Below are positions 22,276 to 32,108 of a stretch of 64,000 bases of DNA, piece by piece. The translations under genes were made by a program, and so were the position numbers. The notes under the pieces were generated by a model. The model saw only the letters and a program-made list of their open reading frames with translations. It did not search any database and was not told the DNA's origin. Numbering within the stretch: position 1 is the first letter of the stretch; each line of letters begins with the position of its first letter. The stretch spans positions 2,240,001-2,304,000 of the forward strand of contig OZ244991.1 in NCBI GenBank assembly GCA_965223335.1. Direction: 5' to 3'. Origin of the DNA: Thermodesulfobacteriota bacterium (GTDB lineage: Bacteria > Desulfobacterota_D > UBA1144 > Nemesobacterales > UBA2774).

Positions 22276-22368
22276 ATGGCCAAGAATAAAACAAAGAAAT
22301 GTAAGTGCAAGTGCTGCGAGTGCACAAAATCCTGCTGCGGCAGGTGTGTGTGCGTATGTGAATGCTAA
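22276..22368 (+). CDS. Metallothionein-like 30-aa peptide (MAKNKTKKCKCKCCECTKSCCGRCVCVCEC)
   Basis: AAGGAGG RBS; 11 Cys in CxC/CC arrays; directly upstream of sigZ. Confidence 0.7.
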   Translation: MAKNKTKKCKCKCCECTKSCCGRCVCVCEC

Positions 22369-22461
22369 GTGTCCGAGGCACGATCAAATAATAGTTTACT
22401 TTGGGTCCCATAAGCTCTTATATGGGGCCCTTCCCTATCCGATGCGTGTTACAATATTTAT

Positions 22462-23019
22462 ATGAATACCGAGACTGTTTGGAACGACTTTTCCCAGAGC
22501 ATCCGCCATGTCCTATTGCGCAAGGCCCGCTCACCCGAAGACGCAGACGACCTGCTGCAGGATATCTTTCTAAAGATCCATAACGGCCTCGCCAGCCTCG
22601 AAGACGACGCCAAACTCACCCCCTGGGTCTACCGCATCGTTAACAACACGGTCACCGATTACTATCGCAAAAAGAATATTTCGATTACGGAGCTTGACTC
22701 CGATACCATCCCCTCGCCCGACGAGAGCGATAACGATATCGACCGCCACCTAAAACGCTGCCTCGGAACGTTCATAGATAACATGCCCCCCGACTATCGC
22801 CAGGCTCTTGTAAAAAGTGAGCTCCAGGGCATGAAGCAAGCCGACATCGCCGACCAGATCGGCCTCTCGCACTCGGGTGTTAAATCCCGTGTCCAGCGCG
22901 GCCGCCAAAAACTAAAACAGATGTTCATGGACTGCTGCCACCTCTCGCTCGACAATAAGGGCAAACTCCACGGCGATATGGACCCCGAGAACTGCACACT
23001 CTGCGGCTCTTCCGACTAG
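22462..23019 (+). CDS. sigZ: ECF sigma factor SigZ-like
   Basis: DADDLLQDIFLKIH, W.YRI..N...DYYRK, GLS.SGVKSRVQRGR.KLK, C-terminal CC. Confidence 0.85.
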   Translation: MNTETVWNDFSQSIRHVLLRKARSPEDADDLLQDIFLKIHNGLASLEDDAKLTPWVYRIVNNTVTDYYRKKNISITELDSDTIPSPDESDNDIDRHLKRCLGTFIDNMPPDYRQALVKSELQGMKQADIADQIGLSHSGVKSRVQRGRQKLKQMFMDCCHLSLDNKGKLHGDMDPENCTLCGSSD

Positions 23020-23098
23020 TTGTTGCATCCCCCGCCCATTGATCCCGCACTCACCACCGTTTATTATGAATACCATCAACTGTAGCCAGGGAGGTCAT

Positions 23099-23461
23099 AT
23101 GATAGAGGTCATGGAAGGTCTTTCGGGTAACGTGGTGGGTTTCCGTGCGGGAGGTCAGGTTTCGTCAGAGGACTACGAAAAGGTGCTCATACCTGCTGTG
23201 GAAGAGGCGCTAAAGAAGCATGAGAAAGTCCGGCTCTTATACCAACTCGGCGACGATTTTATGGGGTTTGATCCCATGGCCATGTGGGAAGACGCCAAGG
23301 TCGGCCTCACGCATATGACCTCGTGGGAGCGCATAGCGATCGTCACCGATGTCGAGTGGCTTCGTAATATGGCCCATATGTTCGGGTTTGTTATGCCGGG
23401 CCATGTAAAGGTCTACAAAAACGCCGAGATCGCACAGGCGCTCGAGTGGATCAGCTCTTAG
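23099..23461 (+). CDS. SpoIIAA-like (STAS/SEC14) protein
   Basis: G.VS.EDY, AMWED.K.G, WERIAIVTD.EW, A.EWI. Confidence 0.85.
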   Translation: MIEVMEGLSGNVVGFRAGGQVSSEDYEKVLIPAVEEALKKHEKVRLLYQLGDDFMGFDPMAMWEDAKVGLTHMTSWERIAIVTDVEWLRNMAHMFGFVMPGHVKVYKNAEIAQALEWISS

Positions 23462-23664
23462 CCCCCCTGCATCCTGTCCCAGCAGCCGTCACAGATCCCC
23501 GTGTTGGGGCTTGTCATCACGAGTGTTTTGTGCGCCATACTGCACTCCGTACAGCGGTGCTCGCCGTAATTGTCGTTAAACCTTATCCACGCCAGCCAGG
23601 GTGTCCCGGCATGAAAGCTCATAATGAGTTCGTTTAGACTAACTTCTTCCGATGAGTCATTCAT
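23458..23664 (-). CDS. Phage hypothetical protein (CxxC..CxxC)
   Basis: Last gene of the tightly packed minus-strand operon; CTEC, CDGC. Confidence 0.55.
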   Translation of the reverse strand: MNDSSEEVSLNELIMSFHAGTPWLAWIRFNDNYGEHRCTECSMAHKTLVMTSPNTGICDGCWDRMQGG

Positions 23665-23669
23665 ACCGC

Positions 23670-24032
23670 TTAGCTGTCCATGTTGTTTTTGTAGTACTCT
23701 TCCATTCTCTGCATATGTTGGAGTATCTGTGTCTGCACGACGATCTGCTCCCCTATCCTCTCGCCCAGGTCCTTGATAGCGTCCTCAAGCGACCGGCGTA
23801 CATACCATAGCGGTATGCCGTCCTGGTCGGTCTTTGAGTGCCACAGGTGCAGGTCATCCACCTTATCCTTAATCGTTGTCACTGTCTCTTTCATATCATG
23901 TACGTTCTCGCTCATTATGATCCCCCGATTGCCACTCCCGTATCGTTTTTTTTCTAGGAATGCGAGTACCTCGCGGATAACCAATATTGCCGCGATCAGC
24001 CCCACTCCAAGCTCCATCAACCTATCGTCCAT
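23670..24032 (-). CDS. Phage membrane protein (holin/antiholin-like)
   Basis: N-terminal TM plus coiled coil, in lysis cluster. Confidence 0.55.
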   Translation of the reverse strand: MDDRLMELGVGLIAAILVIREVLAFLEKKRYGSGNRGIIMSENVHDMKETVTTIKDKVDDLHLWHSKTDQDGIPLWYVRRSLEDAIKDLGERIGEQIVVQTQILQHMQRMEEYYKNNMDS

Positions 24033-24041
24033 TGTCCTTTC

Positions 24042-24338
24042 CTACTCCCTGTTCATCGCATCCAGACGCGCGTCGAGTATCTTGTATTCACGCTCCCAGT
24101 ACTTCCAGACCGACCTATAGCAAAATAGCGCCTCCTGCACCAGATTCTGTGTAATCACCCGAGCCTCCCTAAGGTCTTCGATCTCTTTCATGCACGCAGG
24201 CTGTGCGGTCTTTAGCTCTGTGTGAGTCTTGTATTCTATTTTTGGTTTTGTTACCTTGGGTGCTGTGCACGCAGCCGTACTAATCAGTACCGTCAAAATC
24301 ATCACCCAAAATATCCCACCGGTCCTCTGTAGTCGCAT
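24042..24338 (-). CDS. Putative lipoprotein, o-spanin-like
   Basis: Lipobox-like STAAC; overlaps the upstream TM/coiled-coil gene. Confidence 0.5.
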   Translation of the reverse strand: MRLQRTGGIFWVMILTVLISTAACTAPKVTKPKIEYKTHTELKTAQPACMKEIEDLREARVITQNLVQEALFCYRSVWKYWEREYKILDARLDAMNRE

Positions 24339-24531
24339 TGTCCCATTCCTCTATTTTTTTGCGTTCCTCTTTTTCGAGTTCCACGCGCGTGCGGATTGCA
24401 GCGTTCTCACCGCTAAGCTCCACGTTACGCCGCCTTGCCTCCATGTACTTCTCCTGGAGCTCTATCTCCTTTCTCCGCCCTAGCAATTTGGCCACAATCC
24501 ACCCGATGATGCTTGCTATTATCGATCCCAT
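24280..24531 (-). CDS. Putative i-spanin-like protein
   Basis: N-terminal TM followed by coiled coil, overlapped by lipoprotein gene. Confidence 0.5.
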   Translation of the reverse strand: MGSIIASIIGWIVAKLLGRRKEIELQEKYMEARRRNVELSGENAAIRTRVELEKEERKKIEEWDNATTEDRWDILGDDFDGTD

Positions 24532-24543
24532 GCTAAAGCTCCC

Positions 24544-24993
24544 CTAATCCAGCATCCAGTCGCCGCCACAGGCTAGGAAAAGCCCCGACTCGTGCTTCGA
24601 GTCCACCTCACCGGTGTGTGTATACATCCAGTGGTGCACGCACTCGTGTGCAAGGATTCTGGTCTCGGCCCCCTGGGGCATGATGATCCATCCCACACCG
24701 TCACTGACCTCGTAGCATCCCTTTTTCAGCGTACCGCCGCACTCCACCCCATTGCCCCCGCTCATCCCGCGTATCATGGGCAGCGGGTAATTCTCGGTGT
24801 TTAATCCCATACAGGTCTTAACCCTCATACAGGTCTCGAGAGCTGTCTCGGCCGATGGGTATGTAACCGTATCGTTCCCTGTCATGGGCCCCTCATACAA
24901 TACATCCGTGGCCGGGGTCAGCTTGTTCGGACACCCTGCTATCGAGAGCGCTGCCGCGCATACCAATGCAATAATTAGCTTATTCATCTCCAT
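24544..24993 (-). CDS. Lipoprotein with HExxH zinc-metallopeptidase motif
   Basis: Lipobox SIAGC; LAHECVHH. Confidence 0.6.
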   Translation of the reverse strand: MEMNKLIIALVCAAALSIAGCPNKLTPATDVLYEGPMTGNDTVTYPSAETALETCMRVKTCMGLNTENYPLPMIRGMSGGNGVECGGTLKKGCYEVSDGVGWIIMPQGAETRILAHECVHHWMYTHTGEVDSKHESGLFLACGGDWMLD

Positions 24994-25309
24994 CCTCCTC
25001 TGTGTCCGGTGTTATCGGTATAGGTGTAAAGTCCAGTTTCTCCGACGTGCTAAATACCCCAAGCAGGTTCATTGCCGACACCAATGCGTCTATAAACTGC
25101 GACACCAGGTTTACGATCATGTTCTGCCCATCAGTGTCGTTATCCGTAAAATAGCTCTTGGTGGTCAGCACGTTTTGTATGATCTGAAGCACTTTATTTT
25201 TCTTAATGCTCCCCATCTTTACCCCCGTCACCACGCTCTCTACATCGAGCACAGTGGTCACAATTATGGGTATCAGATCGGGTGCGAGTCTAAGTAGTTC
25301 TTTAAGCAT
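24980..25309 (-). CDS. Phage hypothetical protein (holin-like)
   Basis: Overlapping gene in lysis cluster; G..KK..V...I...ID.LV...N pattern. Confidence 0.5.
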   Translation of the reverse strand: MLKELLRLAPDLIPIIVTTVLDVESVVTGVKMGSIKKNKVLQIIQNVLTTKSYFTDNDTDGQNMIVNLVSQFIDALVSAMNLLGVFSTSEKLDFTPIPITPDTEEDGDE

Positions 25310-25523
25310 TTGCTCCCTCCGGTTTCTGTCTATTGGGTACGATGAGTGTTACGATCGCCATTGCTAAAATCAGCGTTTTGGTCTGCAGGTCGGGCGATAC
25401 ATCCACGCCAAACTCTGTCAGCAGGCCAAACAAAAAGTCCACACTGGCCCCCACCACACCCGAGTAAATCGTCTTGTTATACGAGCTGTTTAGTAAGCTC
25501 CCAGCCTTTTCCTTAACTTTCAT
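25302..25523 (-). CDS. Putative holin (2 TM)
   Basis: 73 aa, two hydrophobic segments, immediately downstream of endolysin. Confidence 0.6.
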   Translation of the reverse strand: MKVKEKAGSLLNSSYNKTIYSGVVGASVDFLFGLLTEFGVDVSPDLQTKTLILAMAIVTLIVPNRQKPEGANA

Positions 25524-26112
25524 TTGCCCTAAGCTCCCCTTTTTTATAAACGTCTCTAAACCTGTCGTATCCGTGTAGCCCCCCGTTTACAAGTCGCCTT
25601 GCACGCTTAAGGTCCCCGTTGCCGAGCGCTTCCTTAATCCGCTCCTCTTTGTTCTTCAGATAGAGTGCAAGTGCACGTGCCGACACTATGGGGTGCTCTA
25701 TAAGCTCGGGGAATTCCTCAAGCGGTATCCCAAGCTCCTCGCCAATGACCCTGTAGTTGTAGCGTCCCGTAAGCTGTATTGCCCCCCCTCCCCTGTACAT
25801 TTTGCCGTCGGGCTTGCCGGTGTTGCCCAGGTCGTCCCTGTTGTCATAGAGGTCAAAAGAATGGTTCATGAGCCTGCCATTAGGGCTCGTGTTATACTGC
25901 GATACGTACTCGCGTATACCGATGTTGAAGTTGCCCGTCTCCACGGCAATCGTGGCTAGGGCCATTAGCATCATCTCGTCATAATCGAGGCTGCTCTCGT
26001 CAAGCGCCATATACACTATGGGCCAGTAGCGCATGATATAGGTCTTGTTAGCCTGTGGCAGCAGCCTCAGTACAAAATCACTCGTAAACGTCACAAGACA
26101 TTTTGTATTCAT
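25513..26112 (-). CDS. GH19 chitinase-like phage endolysin
   Basis: ALATIAVETG, DLGN...DG..YRGGGAIQLTGRYNY, RRLVNGG..G..RF; GGAGG RBS before ATG at 26112. Confidence 0.85.
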   Translation of the reverse strand: MNTKCLVTFTSDFVLRLLPQANKTYIMRYWPIVYMALDESSLDYDEMMLMALATIAVETGNFNIGIREYVSQYNTSPNGRLMNHSFDLYDNRDDLGNTGKPDGKMYRGGGAIQLTGRYNYRVIGEELGIPLEEFPELIEHPIVSARALALYLKNKEERIKEALGNGDLKRARRLVNGGLHGYDRFRDVYKKGELRANES

Positions 26113-26131
26113 GTGTCCTCCGTCCGGATAC

Positions 26132-26167
26132 AAAAAACCCGGCCGATCCCACAGGGGACCGCCGGGC
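26132..26167 (-). terminator. Intrinsic terminator directly upstream of the endolysin
   Basis: Minus strand gcccggcggtcccc-tgt-gggatcggccggg-tttttt. Confidence 0.7.
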
Positions 26168-26330
26168 GCAATAGTGCTCAATAACGAAGCGGCGACGCTA
26201 CTAAAAGAGTGTATGGAGGATGTCTAATCCTTTAAAACGCGCCGCCGCCCCGTAATTTGGTTGGTTAAAAATTCAGTAGTTTAGTTAGATGGTTGTTATG
26301 AAACTGCTAACAAATTTCAACAAAATAAAT

Positions 26331-26807
26331 TCATTCAAATGGGTCTGCAATTTTCCTCGGTGGCAGCTCTTTCCACGCCCCCTCTATCTTTTTCTGCACC
26401 TTCTCGCCCCTGGTCCTAGCCTGGATATCTCTTTTTCCTTCTAAGTATTTACTATCTTTCGGAGCAATATATTTCTTTCCGGTGATCCCTTCATCTGGTA
26501 TAGAAGGGCTAGAGTCCAGCTGTGCCTTTCTCATCTCCCTCCTTGCCTCCTCATACTCTATAAAATCAATCTTATAACAGTTTAAATCACCCCTCGGGTC
26601 ATCCTTTAATCCCTCCAAAATATCCTCTGCAAACACAGAATCTTTACCGGTTTCCATCATTGAGATCATATCCCCTCTATCCGTACATACACACCAATAA
26701 TCCCTACTATCATAAATTTCTTGATCCTCCTCTGTCTCAAACAATACCTCTCCCTGATCTCCGATACGATACTTAATCCCACTTGCCTTTCTGATTTCGC
26801 TCGGCAT
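26331..26807 (-). CDS. Phage hypothetical protein
   Basis: GGAGG RBS overlapping the stop of the tail-tip gene. Confidence 0.65.
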   Translation of the reverse strand: MPSEIRKASGIKYRIGDQGEVLFETEEDQEIYDSRDYWCVCTDRGDMISMMETGKDSVFAEDILEGLKDDPRGDLNCYKIDFIEYEEARREMRKAQLDSSPSIPDEGITGKKYIAPKDSKYLEGKRDIQARTRGEKVQKKIEGAWKELPPRKIADPFE

Positions 26808-26819
26808 TTTATTGCCTCC

Positions 26820-29800
26820 TTACCAGTAATACAACTCATGTGTTATTGACACGTCATTCCAGGGCGCGCTCCCGTGATTGGTAACTTCATATCTAGCAGC
26901 TATATGTGTTGTAGAGTTAGCATCGATATACGATGATCCTATCACCCCTGTAGAATTCTTTATATTGTGCGATGCTCTTAGTGCCGGGTTCATTTTTCTA
27001 CCTTTGTTATGAACATTTGAAAAAGTGCTAGAGGCTTTCGCTCCTGCCGCTAAGTTGAAGTTTGCATATGTATGTAAACTTGTAAACACTACAATTCTCT
27101 TATTCTCGTCTACTTGACCATTTCCAATTACTGGGTTTGTAACAGATGAATTATTGTAATGTCCAGTCGACCATTTTTCATTCGATACCGTATTTGAATA
27201 AATAGAGAAAGAAGATTCCTGACCATATATGTTCACTGCTTTAACACGTGCCTTATAACTGATTGTTGATGTACCTGAGGCGTTCCAGTTAATCTCAGTA
27301 CCGGCATTCTCAACTGTATCTTGAACTGTTCCAGATGATGTAGCTATCTCCCAGTTGTAATGCGATATATTTTCACTAGATGGGTTTGGATCAACAGAGA
27401 ATCTCCACTGCCTTCCAAAACGAAATACAGCTGGTTTTGCGGGCGTCGATGGCGCTGTTGTTGCACCACCGGTGTAGTTACCGATGTCCACTACCCCTAG
27501 CCCCTTCAGGTTATGCTCATTACGACTCTCTACCAATACGTCATAGCTTGTGTTCGCCTCTAGCCCATTAACCGTAAAGCTGTTAAATCCCGACCCCACC
27601 GATCTATAAAAACTCTCGGCCTGTCCCGTCTCCTTTATCGAGACCACAGCATCCATATAGTTCCCATCGTTCGGGGTAGTCCATGTAATGTCGATGTACC
27701 CTATCTTGTCCCCGGTCAATGTGGTTTTTGTCCCAGCTGTGGCTACCAGGCTGCTCACCGGGTCCGGAGGTGTATTCACATAATCCGGCGGTATATCAAA
27801 CTCCTCATCCGTGGGCAGAGTGCTGCTGGCCTCGTACGAGTACGTGTTCCCATCATACGGAGCCAAGTCGAGTGTATTACTCCCAGCGGGGGTTACACTT
27901 GTGCCTGTAACCTCCCACAAGTGGCCCTCCACTCCCAGACTCGGAATATCCACCGTCACCAGGTCCCCGCGCCCGGCGGTCTTGCCGTCCTCACCTACCT
28001 CAAGCGACATGCGCAGCGCATAGCTCCCTATCCTCTTCCTTCGGTAATCAAGCAGCCTGTCCGCTGTGGTGTGCTCGTATACAAACGGCAGGTCGTGTGT
28101 CTCGTCCACCCCGTTCGGGTTTGCTTCGCGCTCTAGCTCTTGCAGATAAATATCACTCTCTTTGTAGTTCTTCCTATAGCGCACACGCAGGTTCTTTACC
28201 TTCTCGTCCGGGTGAATGTGCCTGATCTCCGGGCTCTCGGTCAGTATGTTGTTGTACCCCGTGTCATCTCCCAGTCCCAGCACCAAACCCGAGGTCTTGG
28301 ACTGGTCCACGTTCACCTCAATCGCATTACCCTTGGTAAGGGTCATATCCCGGAACCTCAGCAGTTCCTTTATGAAATCAATCGCTGTAGTGGTATCTAA
28401 TAACGCCCCTTCGCATTTCATAGACGTTATTTCCGATAATGCCGCTGCCGAGTCGAAACTAGCAGTGTCAACCGACACTCCCAGTCCCCAAACACTGTTG
28501 CTCAGCACACTCTGTACAGCTCTCACCACATTAGTCTCGTCCTGCAATCCATCCACGTCGGCATACAGGTTATCCAAACTCCCGCGTGCACCCATACGCT
28601 TTTTCAGGCGTATAAACGCTACTCCGTCATATGGACTAGACTGCGATCCGTCGTAAAATCGCCATTCCCTAAGCCTATAGTCCTCCGAGGTCGTGGGTGT
28701 TGTAGTCCACGCACTGTTCACAGTCACACGGTTTAGACTCTCGTCATAATCCGTAACGTCCCTGATTTCAATTAGTGCGCCCGTAGTCCCGTCCAATATC
28801 TCTATCCACCAGTACTTGTACCAGGCATCGGGCCTCCTATCCGCATTCTCAAGTGTCAAAGTGGTTGTGGTTGCCGACTGCACATCCCCCTCGATAGAGT
28901 CGAGTGCGATATCATTTCTATACACCGTGAATATTTCTTCAAAGTTATTGCCGTTTAGCCCCTCGCCTTCCCCCACCAGATAGTCATACTCCCTATTCGT
29001 CTCGTCAGCCTTTATATACAGGAGCGGCACTTTCACCGCACGCCCAAAGATAATCGGTAATGGATTACCTAGATCATCCGCCACGTCTACGTTGTCGAAA
29101 TTGGGATCAGCGGTCTTCTCGGCCTCTGCAATCATGTTGATCGTACGCCTCGGCAGGTCCTGCGTAAACGCAATCGCCTCTATATCCTCCACCGATGCCG
29201 TCACACGGTGGCTAAGCACCCAGTCCGTTATCTGCCCCTTAAACTCCTTATAGGCGTTGCCCCCGTCCGTAAACCACACGCGTATGAATGTGTCCTGGAA
29301 CTTAACACCGTTAAATAACCTGTCCGAGTTATCAAGGACTATGGATACACGCTGAAACCCTGTAATCCCCACACGCGCATCCAGCTCTGCTTCTTCGACT
29401 CTAGGCACTTCCAATAACCGCCGCTCAAAGAATTTCCCCTCAGGGAAACTCCCCGTAGGCATCGCAGTGTTCTTAGCCTCTACATATACAGCGGGAAAAT
29501 CATGATCCGCCTTCGCCTCCAAATGCTCGATGGACCATTTGAAGTCAAAATTAAAATCCGTATCTGCTGAGCCGTCGAAAGGTAGGTTTGTATTTCCTGT
29601 ATAGCTAAATAATCTTTTTATCTCGGCATTGCCATCAAAGGCAGTATTAGTATTACCGTTATACGTAATAGTCCCACCAGCAATTACAGTTGAGCCGTCA
29701 AAAGGGATATCCGTATTACCGCTATACTCTAATAATCTGAGTACATCGGCAGACCCATTAACAGGGTTATTTGTATTTCCTGAAAAATGCTGTACTGTGG

Positions 29801-30293
29801 AGTAATATATTGTGACCTTAACATAATCTACCCAGGCAATAAAACCACCGGTACTATATTTGGTTACCGCCAAACGGAATCCCAGGTTATTAACAACGTC
29901 ATTACGCGTCCAAGTCGTACCCCAAAGATCCGAAGAACCACCATATGTTACCGGAGTCCAAAATATTGGCCACCCCGATGCTGAGGCTTTGTTTTGCCCC
30001 ACAGGTGTCCCGTTTTTCAAAAGTTGGATAGTAGAATCTTTGCATCCATTAGATTGACTGTGTCGCGCACGCTCTACCTCTATCTCTAATCCAACTATGT
30101 TTGCATTTGTAGGTATACTTGAGAGGTCACCAAAGGCAGTTACATCTAGATAGTCTGAAACACTGGTTCCATCATTAGTATTTCGAGCTTCATTACCATC
30201 GTCGATAGTGACGTTCCCAGGATTTGTCCAATAATCTCCACCATTATCGGTATTTATTGCAGTCTGGGCAAATACAGTTATAGAATCAGGCAT
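26820..30293 (-). CDS. Phage tail-tip/central-fiber-like protein with FN3-like domains
   Basis: 1157 aa; LG.PLPIIFG, phage-tail-type middle (GDLVTVDIPSLGV..W.V), FN3-like (ITWT.P, GLEANTSYDV.V, Y.ARVKAVN..GQES); position downstream of TMP. Confidence 0.7.
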   Translation of the reverse strand: MPDSITVFAQTAINTDNGGDYWTNPGNVTIDDGNEARNTNDGTSVSDYLDVTAFGDLSSIPTNANIVGLEIEVERARHSQSNGCKDSTIQLLKNGTPVGQNKASASGWPIFWTPVTYGGSSDLWGTTWTRNDVVNNLGFRLAVTKYSTGGFIAWVDYVKVTIYYSTVQHFSGNTNNPVNGSADVLRLLEYSGNTDIPFDGSTVIAGGTITYNGNTNTAFDGNAEIKRLFSYTGNTNLPFDGSADTDFNFDFKWSIEHLEAKADHDFPAVYVEAKNTAMPTGSFPEGKFFERRLLEVPRVEEAELDARVGITGFQRVSIVLDNSDRLFNGVKFQDTFIRVWFTDGGNAYKEFKGQITDWVLSHRVTASVEDIEAIAFTQDLPRRTINMIAEAEKTADPNFDNVDVADDLGNPLPIIFGRAVKVPLLYIKADETNREYDYLVGEGEGLNGNNFEEIFTVYRNDIALDSIEGDVQSATTTTLTLENADRRPDAWYKYWWIEILDGTTGALIEIRDVTDYDESLNRVTVNSAWTTTPTTSEDYRLREWRFYDGSQSSPYDGVAFIRLKKRMGARGSLDNLYADVDGLQDETNVVRAVQSVLSNSVWGLGVSVDTASFDSAAALSEITSMKCEGALLDTTTAIDFIKELLRFRDMTLTKGNAIEVNVDQSKTSGLVLGLGDDTGYNNILTESPEIRHIHPDEKVKNLRVRYRKNYKESDIYLQELEREANPNGVDETHDLPFVYEHTTADRLLDYRRKRIGSYALRMSLEVGEDGKTAGRGDLVTVDIPSLGVEGHLWEVTGTSVTPAGSNTLDLAPYDGNTYSYEASSTLPTDEEFDIPPDYVNTPPDPVSSLVATAGTKTTLTGDKIGYIDITWTTPNDGNYMDAVVSIKETGQAESFYRSVGSGFNSFTVNGLEANTSYDVLVESRNEHNLKGLGVVDIGNYTGGATTAPSTPAKPAVFRFGRQWRFSVDPNPSSENISHYNWEIATSSGTVQDTVENAGTEINWNASGTSTISYKARVKAVNIYGQESSFSIYSNTVSNEKWSTGHYNNSSVTNPVIGNGQVDENKRIVVFTSLHTYANFNLAAGAKASSTFSNVHNKGRKMNPALRASHNIKNSTGVIGSSYIDANSTTHIAARYEVTNHGSAPWNDVSITHELYYW

Positions 30294-30296
30294 ACC

Positions 30297-31082
30297 TTAT
30301 AACCCCGTTACACTTAAAGCTTGATCCTGCACGTCGTATAGATCCCCGTTATCCACCGTCTTAGCCGAGTTCCATGTCCCGAATACCAGTAAATTCCCGC
30401 TAGTAGAAGCATCCCTAATCCCAAAATGGCTTATCGATCCCAGATTCGCAGAAGCCGTACCAAAATCTATCTTTCCATTATTGTCAGCAACTCCCCCACT
30501 CGCAGCATTCCACGTCACACTCTGCCGCGCATAACCCCCACCACTAACCTCTGTCCCTGTATCTGCAGCAGTCGGGTTAGTTGTATACATAGCTAGATAC
30601 GTAGTCCCCGGACTGTTAAAAGCAGTATTCTTAAGCATGTGATCTACGATCTTAGGCTTTAGGTAGTTCGAGAAGTTATCATTTGCTTGTATAGATAATT
30701 CCGTATCGAGTATTTTGGGCGCAGCTCCCACCACAAACAGCTTTGATGTCGTTACAGCTTTCCACCACAGCATATTTCCGGCAGTGGACGCATCCCAAAG
30801 CGCCACGTGTGTGACTGTCAAACTCGATCCCGTCACAGCATCCCATGTGATGTCACCGTTGTTCGTAGCATTGTACGGGCTTGAAGTGCTCGCAGTATTC
30901 CATCCTGTAGCCGGCTGTTTCCTTGCATACCATGTTGCATTTACTTCATTACTAGGCGATGCATCCTCATCTGGTGCTGCGGTGTGTAAACTAACAAATA
31001 TCGCAGGCGGTTGAGGCCACGAACCTGTACCCAGTATATGGTCAACTATCTCGTTCTCAGCATAGTCGCTCAGTTGTGACAA
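30297..31082 (-). CDS. Phage virion/tail protein, tandem-duplicated domain
   Basis: Two copies of S.Y....IVDH.L...YLA.YT..P...EV....YAR....W...DA.T.GN.L; TTG start with GGAGG. Confidence 0.75.
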   Translation of the reverse strand: MSQLSDYAENEIVDHILGTGSWPQPPAIFVSLHTAAPDEDASPSNEVNATWYARKQPATGWNTASTSSPYNATNNGDITWDAVTGSSLTVTHVALWDASTAGNMLWWKAVTTSKLFVVGAAPKILDTELSIQANDNFSNYLKPKIVDHMLKNTAFNSPGTTYLAMYTTNPTAADTGTEVSGGGYARQSVTWNAASGGVADNNGKIDFGTASANLGSISHFGIRDASTSGNLLVFGTWNSAKTVDNGDLYDVQDQALSVTGL

Positions 31083-31135
31083 TTTCCCTCACCTCCAAAA
31101 TTTCACTATGTATTGGATTTAAATCAGATATAAAG

Positions 31136-31159
31136 AAAGGAAGCGAATGCTTCCTTTTT
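31136..31159. terminator. Terminator ending the AT-rich insert
   Basis: aaaggaagc-gaat-gcttccttttt. Confidence 0.65.
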
Positions 31160-31198
31160 GTTAACTAGTTCTTAATAACAAACGGTTATATGATGTGA

Positions 31199-31579
31199 TT
31201 ATGTTTGCGGTTGGTTTCGGCTCATCCTTCCAACTAGAAGGCGTGCTGTCTTTAACGAATTTTCAGCGTCTTTCTTTGTAAAATTTTCATTTAAATCATA
31301 GTCAGCTTTGTTTCTAAGATTCTTAAAAGATTTCAATCTTTGTGCAATATCAGGTTGATTTATTACATCAAAAAATTCTTTCAAATTTCTATGTGCCTGT
31401 TCATCATGTCCAAATAACTTATTTGCTCTTTTGTCATTTTTGAATCGCTCTCTCCCAAAATGAAAAGCATAATAATAAGCTCTACTTATACAGTTTCTAA
31501 TTTCTATACAATCGTCATCACTATGGAGGTTATTATTTAAATTTTCAGCAAAATTTAAGAATGCTTCTAGTTTAATCAT
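31199..31579 (-). CDS. HEPN-domain protein
   Basis: ISRAYYYAFH, H..L..FF, L...KNLRNKADYD (Rx4Y HEPN variant). Confidence 0.8.
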   Translation of the reverse strand: MIKLEAFLNFAENLNNNLHSDDDCIEIRNCISRAYYYAFHFGRERFKNDKRANKLFGHDEQAHRNLKEFFDVINQPDIAQRLKSFKNLRNKADYDLNENFTKKDAENSLKTARLLVGRMSRNQPQT

Positions 31580-31584
31580 AGAGA

Positions 31585-32055
31585 CTAACTAACTTCAATA
31601 CTTATTTTCCTATATGCTTCCTTTTCGGTATTAGTTTCCTGCATATCAACTCTCTTTATATATTTTCTATAGGATTCATCTAAAATATTGATAAGATTGT
31701 CCCATAATTCTTGTTTTGTATCAAAATCATCAAATCCTGGTTTTATTTCAATTGTAAATTGTCTCCAAGAGCTATCTTCAATATCTTGCCATACGTACAG
31801 ACTAAGATCATAAGCATCTTGATAGTTTTGTTCCATGTATTTAATTAGATTAAAGAGAGCAAGATCGAAAATTGCTTTAGTTAGTACGTTCTCTGGTTTA
31901 TCCAATTCAAATAAGAATTCATAATTATCACAATAATCGATTAATAGAACATTCTGAGTTGATGAATAGGTCGATATTGATGATACAAAGTTCTCAGGAC
32001 TGTGTATGTTATTTGATGAGTAAAAATTATGAGAGTCGTCATATACTATTATCAT
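31585..32055 (-). CDS. AT-rich acidic hypothetical protein (possible HEPN partner)
   Basis: Immediately upstream of HEPN gene; start uncertain. Confidence 0.55.
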   Translation of the reverse strand: MIIVYDDSHNFYSSNNIHSPENFVSSISTYSSTQNVLLIDYCDNYEFLFELDKPENVLTKAIFDLALFNLIKYMEQNYQDAYDLSLYVWQDIEDSSWRQFTIEIKPGFDDFDTKQELWDNLINILDESYRKYIKRVDMQETNTEKEAYRKISIEVS

Positions 32056-32108
32056 TATATCGCCCCCATTTGTATATCGTTAAGCTCCATTTATTTTAAA
32101 CGTAAACA

